Below are positions 1 to 9,969 of a DNA stretch of 28,870 nucleotides, one piece after another. The stretch lies in IMG/VR virus record IMGVR_UViG_3300035135_000182, positions 1-28,870 of that record; one strand, 5' to 3'. The notes under the pieces are model-generated. The model saw only the letters and a program-made list of their open reading frames with translations, had not been told where the DNA came from and made no database searches. Position 1 is the first letter of the stretch; every line of letters starts with the position of its first letter. The DNA comes from a virus (taxonomy: Duplodnaviria; Caudoviricetes). Both the position numbers and the translations under genes were made by a program.

Positions 1-429
1 TTCAGTTGTTACAGTTCCAGAACCATTACCAGTTGCGCTAAAATTAATACCCTGCCCACTTGGAAGAGTAAGGCCAGCATCAGCAGTAAGAACCCCAGTA
101 ACATCTAATGTGCCAGCAATGTCTATATTTGTGTCTAGTTTTGCAGATGTAACAGAACCATCAGGCGGCACTACACTCTGCAAAGCTTTTCCCTGATAGA
201 TGACGTAAAAGGAATCTGATGACGCCACGTTGCCTGTCATGGTCAATGCAGTGCCTGACACTGTGTAGGCTACACCAGCTTCCTGACGCACGTTGTTTAC
301 AAACACCTCAATCTCTTGGGCGTTGGCTACAGCGTGTGTCAGTGTGTAGCTTGTACCACCGTTGCCAGTGATAGTTTGCTTGTCCATAGAGGAGTAGCTG
401 TTAGATGTTTGGTTGCCTATGTAGCCCAT
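1..429 (-). CDS. Tail fibre / tail-associated protein, N-terminal part (runs off the left edge)
   Basis: Not in ORF track; manual translation from ATG at 429: MGYIGNQTSNSYSSMDKQTITGNGGTSYTLTHAVANAQEIEVFVNNVRQEAGVAYTVSGTALTMTG..., open to position 1. MxYIG start and VxVNxVxQ motif are typical of marine phage fibre proteins; AGGTGAG upstream. Confidence 0.8.
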   Translation of the reverse strand, partial: MGYIGNQTSNSYSSMDKQTITGNGGTSYTLTHAVANAQEIEVFVNNVRQEAGVAYTVSGTALTMTGNVASSDSFYVIYQGKALQSVVPPDGSVTSAKLDTNIDIAGTLDVTGVLTADAGLTLPSGQGINFSATGNGSGTVTTE

Positions 430-436
430 AACTCAC

Positions 437-772
437 CTATGTACTGATTGCGTCCACAGCAGACACCCACACATCTGCGGATGATGCTGTGTCTGACTTC
501 ACATATAATCTGTCACCTGACTGCACTACGACTTTTGCACCACCATCAAGAACTTGCAGCGCACCACCAGCAGCAATAGGCGCATCCTTAATCAAATGGA
601 TGTCATTAGTGCCATCGTTAATGTAAACTTCAACAGTGATAGCATTAGCTGTGACGTTGGCTATATGAATACCAACCAGCGTATCATAACTGTCAAAGTT
701 ACTACCATCAGGTATGTCTGCGGCTGATGTGCCAACAGCGTTTAGTGTGTAACGTCTAAAGTTCTGTGCCAT
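437..772 (-). CDS. Small beta-rich tail-fibre-associated structural protein
   Basis: 111 aa between two fibre genes; AAGG RBS; resembles the small protein that commonly follows fibres ending in AIAMAIAL in marine phages. Confidence 0.65.
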   Translation of the reverse strand: MAQNFRRYTLNAVGTSAADIPDGSNFDSYDTLVGIHIANVTANAITVEVYINDGTNDIHLIKDAPIAAGGALQVLDGGAKVVVQSGDRLYVKSDTASSADVWVSAVDAIST

Positions 773-782
773 CCTTTACTCC

Positions 783-2087
783 TTACAGTGCGATAGCCAT
801 AGCAATGGCAAAGCCGTTCGTAGCAAAGCCAGTTGTGTCTACAACAGCGTCATTCCAAGCGGAGCCGCTGTAAACTCTCATAATATTTGATGTTGTGTTA
901 AAGTATAAATCGCCAGCAGTTAGCGCATCACCGTCATTGTCAACGGTTGGGTCCGATGACTTAGGGCCAAGATAAGTATCATCAAAGCTATCCGCACTAG
1001 CCGCTGCTTGCTCTGCCCAATACTTAGCTGAGTACAAGCTGCCTGATACAGCAGTGTTTGAATCAAAACTAGCGCCACCACCCAAAGCCCACTGTTTGGC
1101 AGAGCCGTTGGTGTTGCCAGCAGTTGAGCCAATCGCATATTCTTTTGCAGAATATTCTGTTCCATCTACACCATCAGCACTTTGATCAACCGCCCATTCT
1201 TTAGCTGCACCAGCACCAGAAGCATCAGTAACACCTGTGCCACCTACTGCCCATGCTTTAGATGAATAGTTGCCAGTATTAACGCCATTTTCTTGAACCT
1301 GAGCATTAACTTTTGTTGCGTAATCTTTTGCTTCTTGGGCATGTTCTTCAGCATTTTGAATATCTGTAATATTTGCAACAACAGTTGAAATATCACTACT
1401 TATACCAGCTACAGTGGTGACGTTACTTGAAATGCCAGCAACAGTAGTTACATTTGCCCTTACAGCATTTACATTAGATATTGCATCTGTAGCAACAGTG
1501 CCATCTTCAATATCAGCTAGTGTTGCTATATCTGCTGCCATGGCAGACACAGTTGTTACACCAGAAATAGTAGGCCCAGCTTCAACAACACCTGTTGTAG
1601 CATTAAAAGCGAGCGTCTTACCTTTTCTAGTGTCAACATTCGGGAGGGTTAATGCGACATCTACATCAGAATCAGTAAGACGCAATGAGCGGTCTATATC
1701 GTCTTTGAGGTCAGCTTGAATTGCAACTATTCTATCAAGTTCTGTATTTAATGAACCAATCTGAAAAGCACCAGATGCAGGAAAATCAGTTGTTCTTTGA
1801 AGCACGATGCTTCTTGTAAGAACTATTTTTTTATCTGCGCCACTTGCAGTTACAGCACTTGTAAAATGAACAAACCCATCAGTACCACTTGTATGACCAG
1901 CATTTGCATTAGTTTCAGAATCAGATATTTTATAATGAGTTGTTAGTGTTTGTTTAACATTATCAACGTAAACATTTAAATCTGCGTTATCAAAAATCTC
2001 AAAGTCCATCGTAAACACAGTCTGATTGTTACCGTCAGAAACAGTGTATTCATTACGTGGATCATTATCTGCTAAGTTAATAGTCAT
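783..2087 (-). CDS. Tail fibre protein with T7 gp17-like N-terminal anchor
   Basis: N-terminus YTVSDGNNQTVFTMDFEIF...LNVYVD...LNTELDRIVAIQADL; NVTTVAGISS repeats; AKxWA repeats; GDLYFNT motif; C-terminal FAIAMAIAL; follows the internal virion genes. Confidence 0.8.
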   Translation of the reverse strand: MTINLADNDPRNEYTVSDGNNQTVFTMDFEIFDNADLNVYVDNVKQTLTTHYKISDSETNANAGHTSGTDGFVHFTSAVTASGADKKIVLTRSIVLQRTTDFPASGAFQIGSLNTELDRIVAIQADLKDDIDRSLRLTDSDVDVALTLPNVDTRKGKTLAFNATTGVVEAGPTISGVTTVSAMAADIATLADIEDGTVATDAISNVNAVRANVTTVAGISSNVTTVAGISSDISTVVANITDIQNAEEHAQEAKDYATKVNAQVQENGVNTGNYSSKAWAVGGTGVTDASGAGAAKEWAVDQSADGVDGTEYSAKEYAIGSTAGNTNGSAKQWALGGGASFDSNTAVSGSLYSAKYWAEQAAASADSFDDTYLGPKSSDPTVDNDGDALTAGDLYFNTTSNIMRVYSGSAWNDAVVDTTGFATNGFAIAMAIAL

Positions 2088-2093
2088 GTTCGC

Positions 2094-2129
2094 ATCCTAA
2101 CTTAAATTAAAGACTACCTCAACGCACAA
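2094..2129 (-). promoter_or_regulatory. Putative late promoter of the tail-fibre unit (TTGTGCG-TTGAGG N17 TAGGAT)
   Basis: In the only intergenic gap of the tail region; carries the TTGTGCGTTG 10-mer also found upstream of the capsid gene. Confidence 0.5.
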
Positions 2130-5100
2130 TTAATATCTGCCCATTTGTGACAAATATCGAGTTCCTTCATTCATGTAATCTTTAAGAAACCACAATCTTG
2201 CAAATGGAAGATTCCTAATAATATTTTTTGAACCTTCGCCATAATTGCCAGTGACAAACTCATACATACCATACCGAACAATATCATGAGCAATGTTTGG
2301 CCCTGTACCAAGTGGGCCAACTATACCCTCAATGGTATCTTTCTTTACAGGATATTTAGGATTTACAATGCCACCAGTAATATTAGGCCCACCAAAAGCT
2401 AGTGAAGTTACCATAGAAGTATACATTGCATCTGAATAAAGAGCCGCCAATCCAGACATATCGAATGACCTAGCTATCCAATCTTCTGTACTCATTTTTT
2501 CACGAGCAAACTCTGGTGTCTTGATATATACAGACATAAATCCAAGACCCATAGCAGCAGATATTGCAACAGCTTTATTCTTAGCTTGGTCATGTGCATA
2601 TGCCGCAGTAATTTTATTAACTGCTGCAAACGAATACGACATAAATTGGAATGGCATACCAAGCAAAGGACTTTCAAGGCGAGCATATCCACGAACAACA
2701 GCGTCTTCAGTTAAAGGCAACCGTAATTTCTCTACCAGCCTCATAGGAATATGAAACACGCCATCAACAAGAACAGGTTTGTCTGCTGGCGTACCCATCA
2801 AAACTGTATTTTCTATACCGCTATTTAATGCCGCTCGAAATGTATCTCTTAGTTCCTCATCTTCTTTAGGCCACTTTCTAGTATTAGGCAGATATAATCC
2901 ATCAGCACTAACACGCTCGATAATTCCATCGTTAGCTAAACGTGTAATTTCTTTGGCTTTTGCTTTATCAAAGCCATATCGAGCCATATATGTTATTTCT
3001 TTTTCTGTTGCTGTACCATTTGTAATTTTAACAGAATAGTCAACAAGTGTATGGCAACGAGCCATAGAATCCATTTGTTTAAATATTCTTGTAAATGGGG
3101 CAAGAAGATTAAGTTTGTAAAATAAATTCTTAGCTGTATCTACACGCTGGGTATATACAGTATCAAATTTATTGTTTGAAAATGGGCTGTTAGATAATTC
3201 TTCTGTTAGGCGCATATGACTGCTACCTGTCAAAATTTCTAATATTTGACCAGCTATACGACCTTCTTCAGCACTCATCCGAACACGTTTATCACCAATG
3301 GCCCCTTTAAGCATTTGAATGATAACCTTGCCATCATGCTCCATTAATATTTTAGCAAAGTCAGGAAGCGTAGAAAAACCAGCAGAGCCAAGATAGTTAA
3401 GTTGCGCTGCATCACGCATTACTTGAGCAAGCCGCGCATCCCAAGAATGCGGTTCACGCAATGTTGAACCAACAACACGGTCATACAAAATAGCATAGTT
3501 TTTACGAACCTCATTTATTTCAGAGGTTGTGTTTCTATTCTGCCGCATATCATCTTCGATATCATCTAAGATGTCATCCAATGACCTGCCGTTATTTTGT
3601 TTGGCAAATTCATATCTTGGAGCAACACGAGCAGTATATGCTTTCATCACTGCTATTGGGTCATTAACAATAAAATCATAAACTAAAGAGTTAGGTATAT
3701 CTAAAGTTCTGTGTCTAAAATGTTTTGATTTACCGTGACCATAAAAAGAAGCCACTTCTGCGGTTGGGTCTACCTCTTCTAGTATTTCTCTTATTGTTAA
3801 CTCTGCACGTTCATCTATTGCTCTTGGGTCTGTATCAAACTCTTGCTTAATCCAAGCAGGTGGAGGTGTTCTCATCTGCTTATGTATTTCTTTCATGCGC
3901 TTTAATGCCTCATCATTAACACGCATTTCATATTCTATATCTTCTTCTCGATATGCTTTTTTAAATTTGCCATGAGATAATTCATGTAAAGTTACAAAGT
4001 CTTGAAAATCTGCAAAAGATTTAAAACTATCTGAATTATTCAACATAAACATATTGTGATGAAAAGCTGCGCTTGCATACAGGTCTTTATTTTTACCTGC
4101 TGCATTTCTCATATCTTGTATTGCTTTTTCTTTATTTTTTAAAGATTGTTTAAATTTTCTGTATTTAAGATAAACGCCATCTCTATCAAGATAGATAATT
4201 CCTTTCTCTTGATCGAAGTATTGATGCATGCCTAATGCACCTTTTGGGTGTTGTTTTTTAATTGCTTGTACTGCTTTTTTACCTGTAACAATTTTATTTA
4301 CATTAAACTCTTCACCGTAAAGTCTTATGATTTCAGCATCATCAAGCTCAAGTAAGTTTCTTTTTATTGGAGTGTCTTGAATATTTCTTACAAACTTGCT
4401 TGGATTGTTTGTAAAGTAATTTACAAGTATTGCTTTAAATTCTGCCCTGCGTTCTGCAATGGCTTGTTTATTCCAGTATCTTGAGAACATTGGTTCATTA
4501 GGGCTAAGACTGTCATCATCAATAGCCGTAAGATTTACATCTAATTCAGATATTTCATCTTCTAATCTAGCAATACGCAACTCAAGGGCATCAATATACT
4601 CTTGTTGATTTTTACTTAAAGAAACAGCAGTGCCGCTAAGACGTTTGTTTTCTGCTTCAAGTTTGTTAAGTTTTTCTATTTGTGCCTCTGTAAGACCGCG
4701 AGCTTCTTCTTCTTGTCTTAGGTTTTTTATAGCACGATTGTTTTCTCTTCTTGTTTGCCTCATACGAGCAAAAGACAAACCTTCTTTTGCTTCAAGGGTA
4801 TCAAGAGTTTCATACGCTTTACGCAATTTAAATTCTTTGTTTGACATCTGCTTGCTCATAAAATCTGCATTGCCAATCAAGCCGACATCACTTAATCTTT
4901 TGCCCCACTTCTCCCAAAAGTTAGCCATTAACTTTATTGATTCACGTTCTAAATCAGTTTCCCCTTCTATGCCCTTAATGTATTTAGCATTTATACTTTC
5001 TAGGTATTTGCTAAATGAGCCATCCATGTTTTGAAAATTGTGATCCATAAATGTAAAGTCGCCCTTACCAGACGCTTCACCAAAGTTTTTAATAAGCTGG

Positions 5101-6275
5101 TCATATATCTGAACCCACTCACCCTCACGAACTTTTGCACTGACATACACACCATCGCCATCTGTAATGCCGAGCTTGTGCATTGCAAGAGTAATGCCCT
5201 TGTCACCAGCAAGATTTACAAATGCTTTCTTAACAACAGTAGGAACTTTAGAACTTTGCAATGTGTCTTTCATTGGAGTTGGAATTAATTTGTTATAAAT
5301 CCAACTGTTTGTGAACCAGCTTTCTGCAATCTTGTATGGGTCTGTTAAACCTTGAACATTTCTTGTATCTTCAATTCTTCGGAATGAGCGTTCCATTTGA
5401 ACAGCAGCTAAATCATTTTCAGCATTCATCATTCCTGTTCTTAAGTTTCTTAATTCTTGTTCTTCAGCCTCTGTCTTTTTTGCCTTTGCCTCTAATGCTT
5501 CAATACTTTCTTGCATCTTTTTAATTTCATGAGGCTTTGCTTGATTAATTGCATCAAGCTCTTCAGTTGCAAGTTGACCAAACTCACGCTCTTCTCGTTT
5601 ACCTAATTTAGATATATCGTCTGTTGTTATCTCTTCTAAAGCTGCAATAGTCTCATTCATATCTTTGACTGTAGCTTTTTGAGCTTTTGCCTTGCGAGCC
5701 GCAGGTAAAGCAACAAGACCACCAAGAATGCCACCTGTTACTGCTGCTGCACCAATATTAAAAGCACTTTCTCCCAGTGTGCCTACAGGGTCAAATGGCG
5801 CACGAGCAATCTCTAATCCAGTTTGTATAGTTGCTGTACCTGCACCTACACGCAATGCAGATTGAGCAACGCTACGTCCAAGACCAGCACCACCAAAAGG
5901 CAAAGCAACAAGATTTATAGGGTCAAACAAACCAGCAGCAACATTAGCTAAGAAACCATGCTCATACATAATCTCTCGTCTTGCTTGGCTTTCTCTAATG
6001 TGTCGCTTCATATCTGCCATATGCTCTGCATTTTTGGCATTGATTAGTGTGGCACTAAACTCCTCAAACCCTTCCATATCTTGTGATGCATTGTATGCAG
6101 GGTCTTCTTCATCAGCATATTTAATTTCGTTATTTATATACTCATAGATTGGATCATATTGATAACCCATCTGTGCTTTTACAAGGTCGCTAAAGGTTGA
6201 TTTACCTCCTGCAACTTCTCGTTCTTTGTTGATGGTTACACCAACATTCATGCCATATGGGTTTACTTCATACAT
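2130..6275 (-). CDS. Large internal virion (ejection) protein, T7 gp16 position, with internal HExxH zincin-like segment
   Basis: 1381 aa; third of three core genes after tail tube B; DPINL motif, Gly/Ala hydrophobic stretch, C-terminal QFMSYSFAA and RNLPF motifs typical of such proteins; HELSH at 3972-3986. Confidence 0.7.
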   Translation of the reverse strand: MYEVNPYGMNVGVTINKEREVAGGKSTFSDLVKAQMGYQYDPIYEYINNEIKYADEEDPAYNASQDMEGFEEFSATLINAKNAEHMADMKRHIRESQARREIMYEHGFLANVAAGLFDPINLVALPFGGAGLGRSVAQSALRVGAGTATIQTGLEIARAPFDPVGTLGESAFNIGAAAVTGGILGGLVALPAARKAKAQKATVKDMNETIAALEEITTDDISKLGKREEREFGQLATEELDAINQAKPHEIKKMQESIEALEAKAKKTEAEEQELRNLRTGMMNAENDLAAVQMERSFRRIEDTRNVQGLTDPYKIAESWFTNSWIYNKLIPTPMKDTLQSSKVPTVVKKAFVNLAGDKGITLAMHKLGITDGDGVYVSAKVREGEWVQIYDQLIKNFGEASGKGDFTFMDHNFQNMDGSFSKYLESINAKYIKGIEGETDLERESIKLMANFWEKWGKRLSDVGLIGNADFMSKQMSNKEFKLRKAYETLDTLEAKEGLSFARMRQTRRENNRAIKNLRQEEEARGLTEAQIEKLNKLEAENKRLSGTAVSLSKNQQEYIDALELRIARLEDEISELDVNLTAIDDDSLSPNEPMFSRYWNKQAIAERRAEFKAILVNYFTNNPSKFVRNIQDTPIKRNLLELDDAEIIRLYGEEFNVNKIVTGKKAVQAIKKQHPKGALGMHQYFDQEKGIIYLDRDGVYLKYRKFKQSLKNKEKAIQDMRNAAGKNKDLYASAAFHHNMFMLNNSDSFKSFADFQDFVTLHELSHGKFKKAYREEDIEYEMRVNDEALKRMKEIHKQMRTPPPAWIKQEFDTDPRAIDERAELTIREILEEVDPTAEVASFYGHGKSKHFRHRTLDIPNSLVYDFIVNDPIAVMKAYTARVAPRYEFAKQNNGRSLDDILDDIEDDMRQNRNTTSEINEVRKNYAILYDRVVGSTLREPHSWDARLAQVMRDAAQLNYLGSAGFSTLPDFAKILMEHDGKVIIQMLKGAIGDKRVRMSAEEGRIAGQILEILTGSSHMRLTEELSNSPFSNNKFDTVYTQRVDTAKNLFYKLNLLAPFTRIFKQMDSMARCHTLVDYSVKITNGTATEKEITYMARYGFDKAKAKEITRLANDGIIERVSADGLYLPNTRKWPKEDEELRDTFRAALNSGIENTVLMGTPADKPVLVDGVFHIPMRLVEKLRLPLTEDAVVRGYARLESPLLGMPFQFMSYSFAAVNKITAAYAHDQAKNKAVAISAAMGLGFMSVYIKTPEFAREKMSTEDWIARSFDMSGLAALYSDAMYTSMVTSLAFGGPNITGGIVNPKYPVKKDTIEGIVGPLGTGPNIAHDIVRYGMYEFVTGNYGEGSKNIIRNLPFARLWFLKDYMNEGTRYLSQMGRY

Positions 6276-9200
6276 TAATTAGGCTCTCTTCTCGTGGGAG
6301 AAAAGGCAAGTATCTCACCATCGGGATTTGTAACAGGAGTAAGTTCATTATTAACATCTAAAGTCATAACCATATATGTCACTTGACTATCGCCAGAAAA
6401 TCTTTGTGGCATAAGATAGGCTTTTCTTTTTCCAGACATTGTTACTTTATGTAATCTATCTTTGTCTCTGTCGTATGGTTCTGCCATCCAATCAGCATAT
6501 CCATTGTAGGCTTGCATTAATGTACCAACCATACCAATACCAGTAAACCTAGAACCTTCCATGCCATCTTCATCAGCAGGTGACTGACCAGTGCCTGTGA
6601 GCGTAAAGTTAGGCGGCAAGCTAGCCTCAACAGAGCTAATAAATTCACTGCGAGCATCTGCATCAGGTATTGTTTTAGTTAAAGAATATCTTGAGCGACC
6701 AACATCTCTTACTCTATGGTCGATAACATAACCAAGCGTTTCTGGGTATTCCTTTTGATACAAATCTTTAATTCTATTTTTAATTTCACCTTCAGTCATT
6801 GTTCCATTTGCAACTAATGCTTTTGCATATGGATACAAATCTCTAAAGACAGAGCGACTACCGCCAACAGAATCTAAAAGCCATGATGATAGCCCATCCT
6901 CATTTTGAGAGTATTTTCTTGCTGATGATGTAGAAGATGTTTGGGGGTTTATAACATCACTAGCCATAAACTCTTCTAAATTCTTTTTAGCTTCAACACT
7001 ATTAAGAGAGCCGTTGTTAAAATCTGTAAGAACATTTGATAATTGGTCTGTGTTGTAAACATAATTAGGCTCTCCATTTTCACGAAGTCCATCAATAACA
7101 AACTCACCTCTAATGTCCATAAGAGAAAGAATAGAATCTAAATTTGCCATTGCTGTTTTGCTAAGTGTCGGTGTACCTTCAACAGTCCCTACAAATAAAT
7201 TAACCATTCTATTTGTACTTTTACTGTAATAAGACCTCATGCCTTTATATGTTTGCAACAAAGCTGGCGCACCTGCTATCATTCTGCCTTGAGATAAAGC
7301 AGTTAAATCTGAAATAATAATTTCTGGTATTCTTCCTTTTTCAGCCAGATTGACCATAGCAGCAGTTGCTGGATGTTGTTCATTAAGACTTTGAGCAGTT
7401 CTAAAAAAGTCTTCAGCTACTCCATTATTAGTAAATACAAATTCCCTTATAGCCTGTTTATGAAGTGCAGTGTTGCCTGTCCCTCTGTTTAATACTTCAA
7501 CTTGTGCAGTTTGTTGTTTTTGCAAAAGTTTAAAATCTTCTTCTTTTTGTTTTAATATATTCGATAAACGCCTTGCTTCAGTGGCAGCAGTTTTGAGTTG
7601 AGGTTCATTCATGCCCTTTGTTAAAGCATTTACTGCACTTCTTATTTCTTTAGGCAACTGACTTGAATCCCCTGTTTTATCAAGAGCGATTGCAACCTCA
7701 GTCATAAGATTTGATGACATACCTACAGAGACTTCGACAGTTTCATCACCGCCTCCACCGTCAGGCATTTCCATTGTAAATGTTTTGTCTAAGAGAGAGC
7801 TAACCCAGCTATTAGCAATAGAAGTGCTTACAGCGTTCTCTCTTGAGGCCGCTCTTGGAGCAGATAAAAATGCATTTTCTTGCCCAACTAATGCTCTATT
7901 CTCTTGTTCGTAAGTTTTTTGTTCAGCTAAAATTTGTGCAATTTCTTGTTCAGTAGTAGCACTCGCCATTCTTTCAGAAAGGTCAGATTGAACTGCATCC
8001 GATTTATCAAACCAATCATAAAGATCAAGACTGTTTGTTACTTCTCTTTTTTTAGCGTCATCTTTTTCTTGAGCAACTTGTCTTGCTGTCTGGTCTTGCT
8101 CTACACTATTTAGTGAACGTGCTAATCTTTGACCATCAAATGCTTGACGTTCTATTAATACATCAAGCACAGCTTTATAATTTTCGGGCAGTTTGCCAGT
8201 AGACTGACCTCTTGAATTTAAATAATCTTGAATAGCCATTACTTGTGGCTTGTCTAAATTATCTTTTATAATTCTACCAACAAGACCAGATTCTATTTCA
8301 GTTAGTGCTAGACTTCTATACCTTGCAACATCGGTATTATTAATTTTACCTTCTGCCGCAAAGCCACGATATTGTTTTGCGTTAGCCTCAATTTCATTTA
8401 TTGCTCTAGTAAGTTGATTTACATTTAAGGTAGATGTCGATTCATAAAGAAACGGAGAGTCTTCAGTAATTTGTTTTTCTATTCCTGCATTAAGAGCAGG
8501 ATATGCTTCTTTGTTTTGTTCAGTTTGAACCCTGTCTTTTTCAACTCTCATTGCGCTTCGAGTTGCGATAGACTGATTAACAATATCTAAAAGAACAGGC
8601 CCATCTTTAGAAAAATTAGAAGAGTCTAATATCTTTCGGATTGATTCTCTATATGCCTCTGGCACAGAGTTTAAGGTTTTGCCATTAGATGCTAGAGCAG
8701 ATTTAACATCAAGTAATTGTTCAACCGTAAGATTTTCATCAGCAGCAAGTAATCTTGTTAAACCTTCTGGTTTTATTCTTGAGATTAAACTTGTTAATTG
8801 TTCTTTAAGTTTTGGGTTATCAACAAATGCACCAGCAGCTTCAGCATTGTTAAGTTTATTAATAAGGCTTTCTATTGCAAAATCTACATCTTGTAGATTT
8901 GCGCCAGATGTAATCATTCCCAATATTATTGGATAGTCTTCTTGAACGTGTGTTGCCGCAGTTACGCCAGCATTTACTCGTTCTCTTTTTAACTGAGCCT
9001 GTTGTAGATTTAATTTTGTACTAGCAAGGTATGCAGAGCCAGTTACATTAATAAAGTTTTTGTATCGCCCTGTTGCATTTGCTTTCATTTCCTCGATATA
9101 GTTGCCGAAGTTTTTTTCATAAACGCCTACAGGATCATCAAAACTTTCTGCTGCCATTGCTTCCGAAGCAGCTTTTGCTTTTATCTCTTGTTCAATAGAA

Positions 9201-9511
9201 AGCCTGTATCTATCGTCAACAGTCTTCTCAAATGCTTCAGATGCTATCTTACCAAAGCTAGCTGGCTCAGAGTCAAAGGCTTCCGGCAATCCTGTCTTTG
9301 GATTTATTGTTCTAATATTTTGAGCATTAAGTGACTCTGCTAAGTCTACACCAGCTTCTTTGGCTTCTCTCTCCGCACCCTTAAAAGCCATGTTAATAAG
9401 TTTATCTGCATTGTTCATAGCAGATACAGCCGCACGTTCTGCGGCATCAGAAATCTTTACAACCCCTATGTTTCCTACTTGAAAATTTCTGCGTTCTTTT
9501 ATTACTGCCAT
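6275..9511 (-). CDS. Internal virion (ejection) protein, T7 gp15 position
   Basis: 1078 aa, helical-looking, TAATG-coupled to both neighbours; assignment by synteny. Confidence 0.6.
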   Translation of the reverse strand: MAVIKERRNFQVGNIGVVKISDAAERAAVSAMNNADKLINMAFKGAEREAKEAGVDLAESLNAQNIRTINPKTGLPEAFDSEPASFGKIASEAFEKTVDDRYRLSIEQEIKAKAASEAMAAESFDDPVGVYEKNFGNYIEEMKANATGRYKNFINVTGSAYLASTKLNLQQAQLKRERVNAGVTAATHVQEDYPIILGMITSGANLQDVDFAIESLINKLNNAEAAGAFVDNPKLKEQLTSLISRIKPEGLTRLLAADENLTVEQLLDVKSALASNGKTLNSVPEAYRESIRKILDSSNFSKDGPVLLDIVNQSIATRSAMRVEKDRVQTEQNKEAYPALNAGIEKQITEDSPFLYESTSTLNVNQLTRAINEIEANAKQYRGFAAEGKINNTDVARYRSLALTEIESGLVGRIIKDNLDKPQVMAIQDYLNSRGQSTGKLPENYKAVLDVLIERQAFDGQRLARSLNSVEQDQTARQVAQEKDDAKKREVTNSLDLYDWFDKSDAVQSDLSERMASATTEQEIAQILAEQKTYEQENRALVGQENAFLSAPRAASRENAVSTSIANSWVSSLLDKTFTMEMPDGGGGDETVEVSVGMSSNLMTEVAIALDKTGDSSQLPKEIRSAVNALTKGMNEPQLKTAATEARRLSNILKQKEEDFKLLQKQQTAQVEVLNRGTGNTALHKQAIREFVFTNNGVAEDFFRTAQSLNEQHPATAAMVNLAEKGRIPEIIISDLTALSQGRMIAGAPALLQTYKGMRSYYSKSTNRMVNLFVGTVEGTPTLSKTAMANLDSILSLMDIRGEFVIDGLRENGEPNYVYNTDQLSNVLTDFNNGSLNSVEAKKNLEEFMASDVINPQTSSTSSARKYSQNEDGLSSWLLDSVGGSRSVFRDLYPYAKALVANGTMTEGEIKNRIKDLYQKEYPETLGYVIDHRVRDVGRSRYSLTKTIPDADARSEFISSVEASLPPNFTLTGTGQSPADEDGMEGSRFTGIGMVGTLMQAYNGYADWMAEPYDRDKDRLHKVTMSGKRKAYLMPQRFSGDSQVTYMVMTLDVNNELTPVTNPDGEILAFSPTRREPN

Positions 9512-9969
9512 TATGTTCTCACTAAATCATATTGGTAAAGGCCAGTTGCTATAGATGTAAGAGCAGACATCTGATATTGTTTTGCTTTTATTTGTCCTTC
9601 TACTAAAGACTGTTGACCTTGAGCCAACATCTGTTGCTGTTGAGCAGTTGCAGTAAAATCAAGGGCTGCTCTATCATCACCTTTAATCTCTTCTTGTCTT
9701 TTTAAGAATGCGGCATAACTTCTATCACTGCCTAAATCTCTATTCATAAAAGCAAACATTGCTCTATTAGAGGCTTGCGCTGTTTCAAACTGACGCTCTC
9801 TCTGATTGGCTTTATCTCTAGCTTGTATTCTATTTTGCTCTATTTGTATTTGTTGTTGGCGCATTCTCATTGCAGCAGTTTGTTGCGCTGCTCTACCTGC
9901 ACTTAATGCAGAAGAGGCTTGCAATGCTGTGCCAGCTAACATAGCAGCTTGAAATAAAGTAATTGCCAT
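9511..9969 (-). CDS. Internal virion protein, T7 gp14 position
   Basis: 152 aa, hydrophobic Ala/Gly N-terminus followed by Gln/Ala-rich helix; directly after tail tube B. Confidence 0.65.
   Translation of the reverse strand: MAITLFQAAMLAGTALQASSALSAGRAAQQTAAMRMRQQQIQIEQNRIQARDKANQRERQFETAQASNRAMFAFMNRDLGSDRSYAAFLKRQEEIKGDDRAALDFTATAQQQQMLAQGQQSLVEGQIKAKQYQMSALTSIATGLYQYDLVRT

Noticed and set aside
1-2087. BPP-1-like diversity-generating retroelement targeting the fibre
   Set aside because: No reverse transcriptase or TR/VR pair in the window; fibre C-terminus lies outside, so cannot be fully excluded.
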